Below, in pieces: positions 45,440 through 48,438 of a stretch of DNA of 48,438 nucleotides. Position numbers and translations under genes: made by a program. Location: the NCBI GenBank assembly GCA_964590675.1, contig CAZPWZ010000002.1:1-48438 (forward strand), read 5' to 3'. Each line of letters opens with the position of its first letter. Positions within the stretch are counted from its first letter, which is position 1. The notes under the pieces were generated by a model that saw only the letters and a program-made list of their open reading frames with translations, was not told the origin of the DNA and searched no databases. Source of the stretch: an uncultured Draconibacterium sp. (GTDB lineage: Bacteria; Bacteroidota; Bacteroidia; Bacteroidales; FEN-979).

Positions 45440-45894
45440 GTTCGCTTGCTTTTAAAAAATTGTTTCAGAATCTGGCTTGAATCCTCCGCCAGGATACCGG
45501 GAATCACTTCGGTTTTCGGATGAAGGAGGGAGTGATTTACCAGGCGGTATCCGCGTTTATCATCGGAGGCACCGTAGATGATGGTTCCCAGCTGGGCCCA
45601 GAATGCAGCACCGGCACACATGACACAAGGCTCCAGTGTGACGTACAGGATACATTCATCCAGGTATTTTCCGCCCAGGTACCCCGATGCGGCAGTGAAA
45701 GCCTGCATCTCGGCATGTGCCGTTACGTCATGCAATGTCTCTGTGAGGTTGTGCGCCCGGGCGATGATGGTACGATTGCAAACCACCACCGCTCCCACCG
45801 GAACCTCATCCCGTTCAAAGGCTTTCTGCGCCTCTTTGAGAGCTTCATTCATGTAATATTCGTGGCTGAATATCGGATAACTTTTTAATGCCAT
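45436..45894 (-). CDS. tadA: tRNA adenosine(34) deaminase TadA
   Basis: 152 aa. FSHEYYMNEALKEAQKA, VPVGAVVV, HAEMQA and LEPCVMCAGA are the CDA-fold zinc motifs in the TadA arrangement. The stop overlaps the aldolase ATG (ATGA). Confidence 0.88.
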   Translation of the reverse strand: MALKSYPIFSHEYYMNEALKEAQKAFERDEVPVGAVVVCNRTIIARAHNLTETLHDVTAHAEMQAFTAASGYLGGKYLDECILYVTLEPCVMCAGAAFWAQLGTIIYGASDDKRGYRLVNHSLLHPKTEVIPGILAEDSSQILKQFFKSKRT

Positions 45895-45972
45895 TTTCAG
45901 AATTTTAGTACATCTGCCAAGTTCCGTTCATCCAATTCCAATATTATCAGTGGCATACGACATGACTTGCAT

Positions 45973-48438
45973 TTAGAACAGGATCACCTTTTGGGCAACC
46001 AGCTTCCTGCCCCCGTTCCTGACAACCAGAAAATAGGTCCCACGGGGTTGGTCATCCAGGTTGATCTGCTTTTCAGATATCCCGGAAATAACAGTTTTAT
46101 CTTCGTAATACACAGCACGACCCTGCATATCATACACGGTGATTTCAAGTGCACCCTGAATGGTCGTGCATGATATTGTAATCTGACCCGTTGCCGGATT
46201 CGGAAACACCATGGGATTTGCTGTCGTTTTCCCGGGAGCGCCGGTGGCAATATCCCAGGTCATGGTGAAAAGACCGCGGCCATGCGTGGCGGCAAGCACC
46301 GTATTGTCGGCTTTGCGCAGCTGAAGCATGTCCACACGCACATTGGCCATCCCGTTATTGACGGGTTGCCAGGCTGCCGGAACCTGTGTGAGATCGGTGC
46401 ATTCCCACACCCCCGTTTCTGTTGCAATTAACGCCTGACGGTTGTTGTTCGGATGAAACAATGACCACCTGACAGGCATATCGGGCAGGTTGCCTTCAAC
46501 GTTTTGCCAGGTCTGTCCGCCATTATTTGTTTGCCACACCGACGCAACACCATAGTTTGAAAAGGTAACCATCAGGGTGTCTTCCGATTTGCCAATCGCG
46601 ATAGAAGAAATGCTTGCGGTTGGAAAGGCCATGCTTCCGATATCGGTGACGATGGGGGTGTTTGCCTGGGCCTCCCTGACCTTAAAGAGGCGACCCGATT
46701 CAGATCCGACGAACAGAGTCGATTTTCCTGCCGGTGAGTAGGGTGAATATTTTACGGCGGACAAAAAGACGGTGGTTCCTGTATTCAGGCTGACAAATGT
46801 ACCATTGGCATTATTCAACAGGTTGTCAATCCGCAAAATCCGGTCCTGGTAATTTCCGCCATATTCCACGGCATTGCAGTACAAAAGATCCAGCTTGTAA
46901 TCAAGATCGGCAGGACTTATGAACGTTCCGCTGCCCCAGTTACTTAAGGAATTTGAAAAATTGCCGTTATCGAACACCATGTATTGGTTGTAGTAATAGG
47001 AGGTGATTGAAATGGCCGGATCATCTTCATCAAAAAAGCAGTAGGCCCCGTCGCCCCCGGTAGCCATATCCTCATATGAAAGGGGATTGCCGATATAAAA
47101 AAGTGTCCCGTTGTCCTGTAATCCTCCGTAATACAGCGCAATTCCCGGAAATGGATGTATGGCGCAGGTGTAAAACTGAAGTGTTGCATAATCCTTATTG
47201 CGTTCCTCATACGGGGCGTTGATGCTGGTTCCCAGGGGGGTATAAAAGATACCTCCATCGGTTCCGAACAGCATCTCATCGGAAGATCCGGGTTTAAAAA
47301 TGATTGCATGCTGATCGGCATGAATGAATTCCGGATCACTTCCCGAGTACATATGGACCCAATTGCTCATCCGTATCCAGTTTGTGCCTCCGTTATAACT
47401 TTTATGTACATCCAGTCCGCCGATAAACACCACGTTGGCATTGTTGGGATCGATGCCGATATCGAGGGCGTGCCAGGCAATGGTTGCAAAATTATCTCCT
47501 GATGTCAGATCGGCCGGAAGCGGCTTCTTGACCCAGGTGACCCCCTTATCGGCCGACCGGACAATATGGTAGCATTCGAAATATTTAAACCCGTTGGAGC
47601 CATTGATATATCCGCTGGCAATGAGTGCATATACCACATTGGGATCGGAAGGAGCTGTTCCCAGCACGACCCTTCCCGGGATGTTTCTCGTGCTGCTGTT
47701 CAGAATTTCTGCCTGGTAATAGCTCATCGCAGTCCAATTTATGCCGTCGTCGGAATACAGAATCACTGCAGCTCCCTCACCATCCAGGTTGGGGCGTGTT
47801 CCGATGTAGAGCCGGTTATCGGCACCCAGTGCGATATCCGAAACGCAATAGGGTACTGTTGATCCCGGGATCAAGGGCAAAACCTGATGCCATGTATTTC
47901 CCATGTCGGCCGACCGGAACAGGCCGTCGGAGGGCATGCTTTGGTGCTGGCTGCCTTTATATAATCCTGAGGCTACACCGGCATAAATCACGCTGGTGTC
48001 GTTCTCGATCCGAAAAACAATATCGGTCACATAGGCAAACTGTTCCGTCCCGGGAATGTGATACCAGGTTTGTCCGCCATCGTCCGAACGGCCAATACCG
48101 AATCCCAGTCCTGAACTTTCACGATAGGTCTGCATGGCCGTTTCCACCTCACCCGTTCCAACCAAAAATGTTTGCGGGTTATTCGGGTTATAAGCCAGGC
48201 ATCGGATTGCCAGTGTGCTCCAGAAATCACCCACCGGGATCCAGGAACTTCCTGCATCGGTGATATTGTTGTTGTACCACAACCCGCCGGTAACTCCCCC
48301 TGCCCATACCTTTTTATGGGTAGGATCGTTGGGGTCGTACATGATGGCCCTGGTTCGGCCCCCGATATTGCTGGGAATGCCCTGCCAGAGAATGGAATTG
48401 CTTTGTTTCAGCGCTGCCAGGGATCGGGTTTGCTTCAG
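45973..48438 (-). CDS. T9SS-secreted BNR/Sortilin-Vps10-like beta-propeller protein, 5'-truncated by the window edge
   Basis: The frame stays open upstream of the track Met (48342) to the window end (...GGRTRAIMYDPND). Asp-boxes SDDGGQTW, SADMGNTW, SADKGVTW, SYNGGTNW, TNNGGQTW. CTD MVFPNPATGQITISC...PRGTYFLVVRNGG...KVILF. Confidence 0.88.
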   Translation of the reverse strand: MKQTRSLAALKQSNSILWQGIPSNIGGRTRAIMYDPNDPTHKKVWAGGVTGGLWYNNNITDAGSSWIPVGDFWSTLAIRCLAYNPNNPQTFLVGTGEVETAMQTYRESSGLGFGIGRSDDGGQTWYHIPGTEQFAYVTDIVFRIENDTSVIYAGVASGLYKGSQHQSMPSDGLFRSADMGNTWHQVLPLIPGSTVPYCVSDIALGADNRLYIGTRPNLDGEGAAVILYSDDGINWTAMSYYQAEILNSSTRNIPGRVVLGTAPSDPNVVYALIASGYINGSNGFKYFECYHIVRSADKGVTWVKKPLPADLTSGDNFATIAWHALDIGIDPNNANVVFIGGLDVHKSYNGGTNWIRMSNWVHMYSGSDPEFIHADQHAIIFKPGSSDEMLFGTDGGIFYTPLGTSINAPYEERNKDYATLQFYTCAIHPFPGIALYYGGLQDNGTLFYIGNPLSYEDMATGGDGAYCFFDEDDPAISITSYYYNQYMVFDNGNFSNSLSNWGSGTFISPADLDYKLDLLYCNAVEYGGNYQDRILRIDNLLNNANGTFVSLNTGTTVFLSAVKYSPYSPAGKSTLFVGSESGRLFKVREAQANTPIVTDIGSMAFPTASISSIAIGKSEDTLMVTFSNYGVASVWQTNNGGQTWQNVEGNLPDMPVRWSLFHPNNNRQALIATETGVWECTDLTQVPAAWQPVNNGMANVRVDMLQLRKADNTVLAATHGRGLFTMTWDIATGAPGKTTANPMVFPNPATGQITISCTTIQGALEITVYDMQGRAVYYEDKTVISGISEKQINLDDQPRGTYFLVVRNGGRKLVAQKVILF

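Noticed and set aside
1-48438. CRISPR arrays, rRNA genes, integrases, transposases, prophage or conjugation genes, reverse transcriptases
   Set aside because: I looked for regularly spaced direct repeats and for the characteristic protein motifs in all ORFs of 60 aa or more. None was found. The mobile-element interpretations above therefore rest on repeats alone.

Overview
This 48.4-kb window looks like a Bacteroidota chromosome segment. Three proteins carry type IX secretion (T9SS) C-terminal sorting domains. Exact TAnnTTTG -7 promoter boxes sit in front of many genes and both tRNAs. Shine-Dalgarno sequences are mostly absent, and there is a TonB-dependent receptor with an N-terminal carboxypeptidase-regulatory-like domain. 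I support about 37 protein genes and 2 tRNAs (Asn-GTT, Val-CAC).

Main coding content:
- Two tandem paralogous 7TMR-DISM hybrid sensor kinases.
- A TonB-dependent receptor.
- Housekeeping-type enzymes: pirin, two HD hydrolases, TadA, a RhaD-like class II aldolase, a COG2509-type FAD oxidoreductase, an alpha/beta hydrolase and a B12-type radical SAM protein.
- A HigB/HigA-like toxin-antitoxin pair.
- A patatin-like phospholipase coupled to a CDF-fold membrane protein.
- A 1898-aa beta-helix T9SS surface protein.

I saw no CRISPR array, rRNA, integrase, transposase or phage structural genes.

The stretch from about 8 to 26 kb looks accessory and mosaic, and it holds the signals I consider most worth a second look:
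1. A family of ~124-bp intergenic repeats with terminal inverted repeats. There are 5 full and 2 truncated copies. Their most similar members occur in pairs that bracket gene cassettes.
2. Next to tRNA-Asn, three copies of a 27-nt box, each fused to its own terminator hairpin. They are all in the tRNA orientation and partition three single-gene modules.
3. A patatin gene translationally coupled to a CDF-like protein whose transport-site residues appear substituted.
4. A duplicated small membrane-protein gene whose upstream non-coding DNA is better conserved than its coding sequence.
5. A small secreted protein made of four LAPxTPxEAxF repeats.

All family calls rest on motifs read by eye from the supplied translations. 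No database search, HMM, alignment program or RNA folding was run, and the identities quoted are hand counts.
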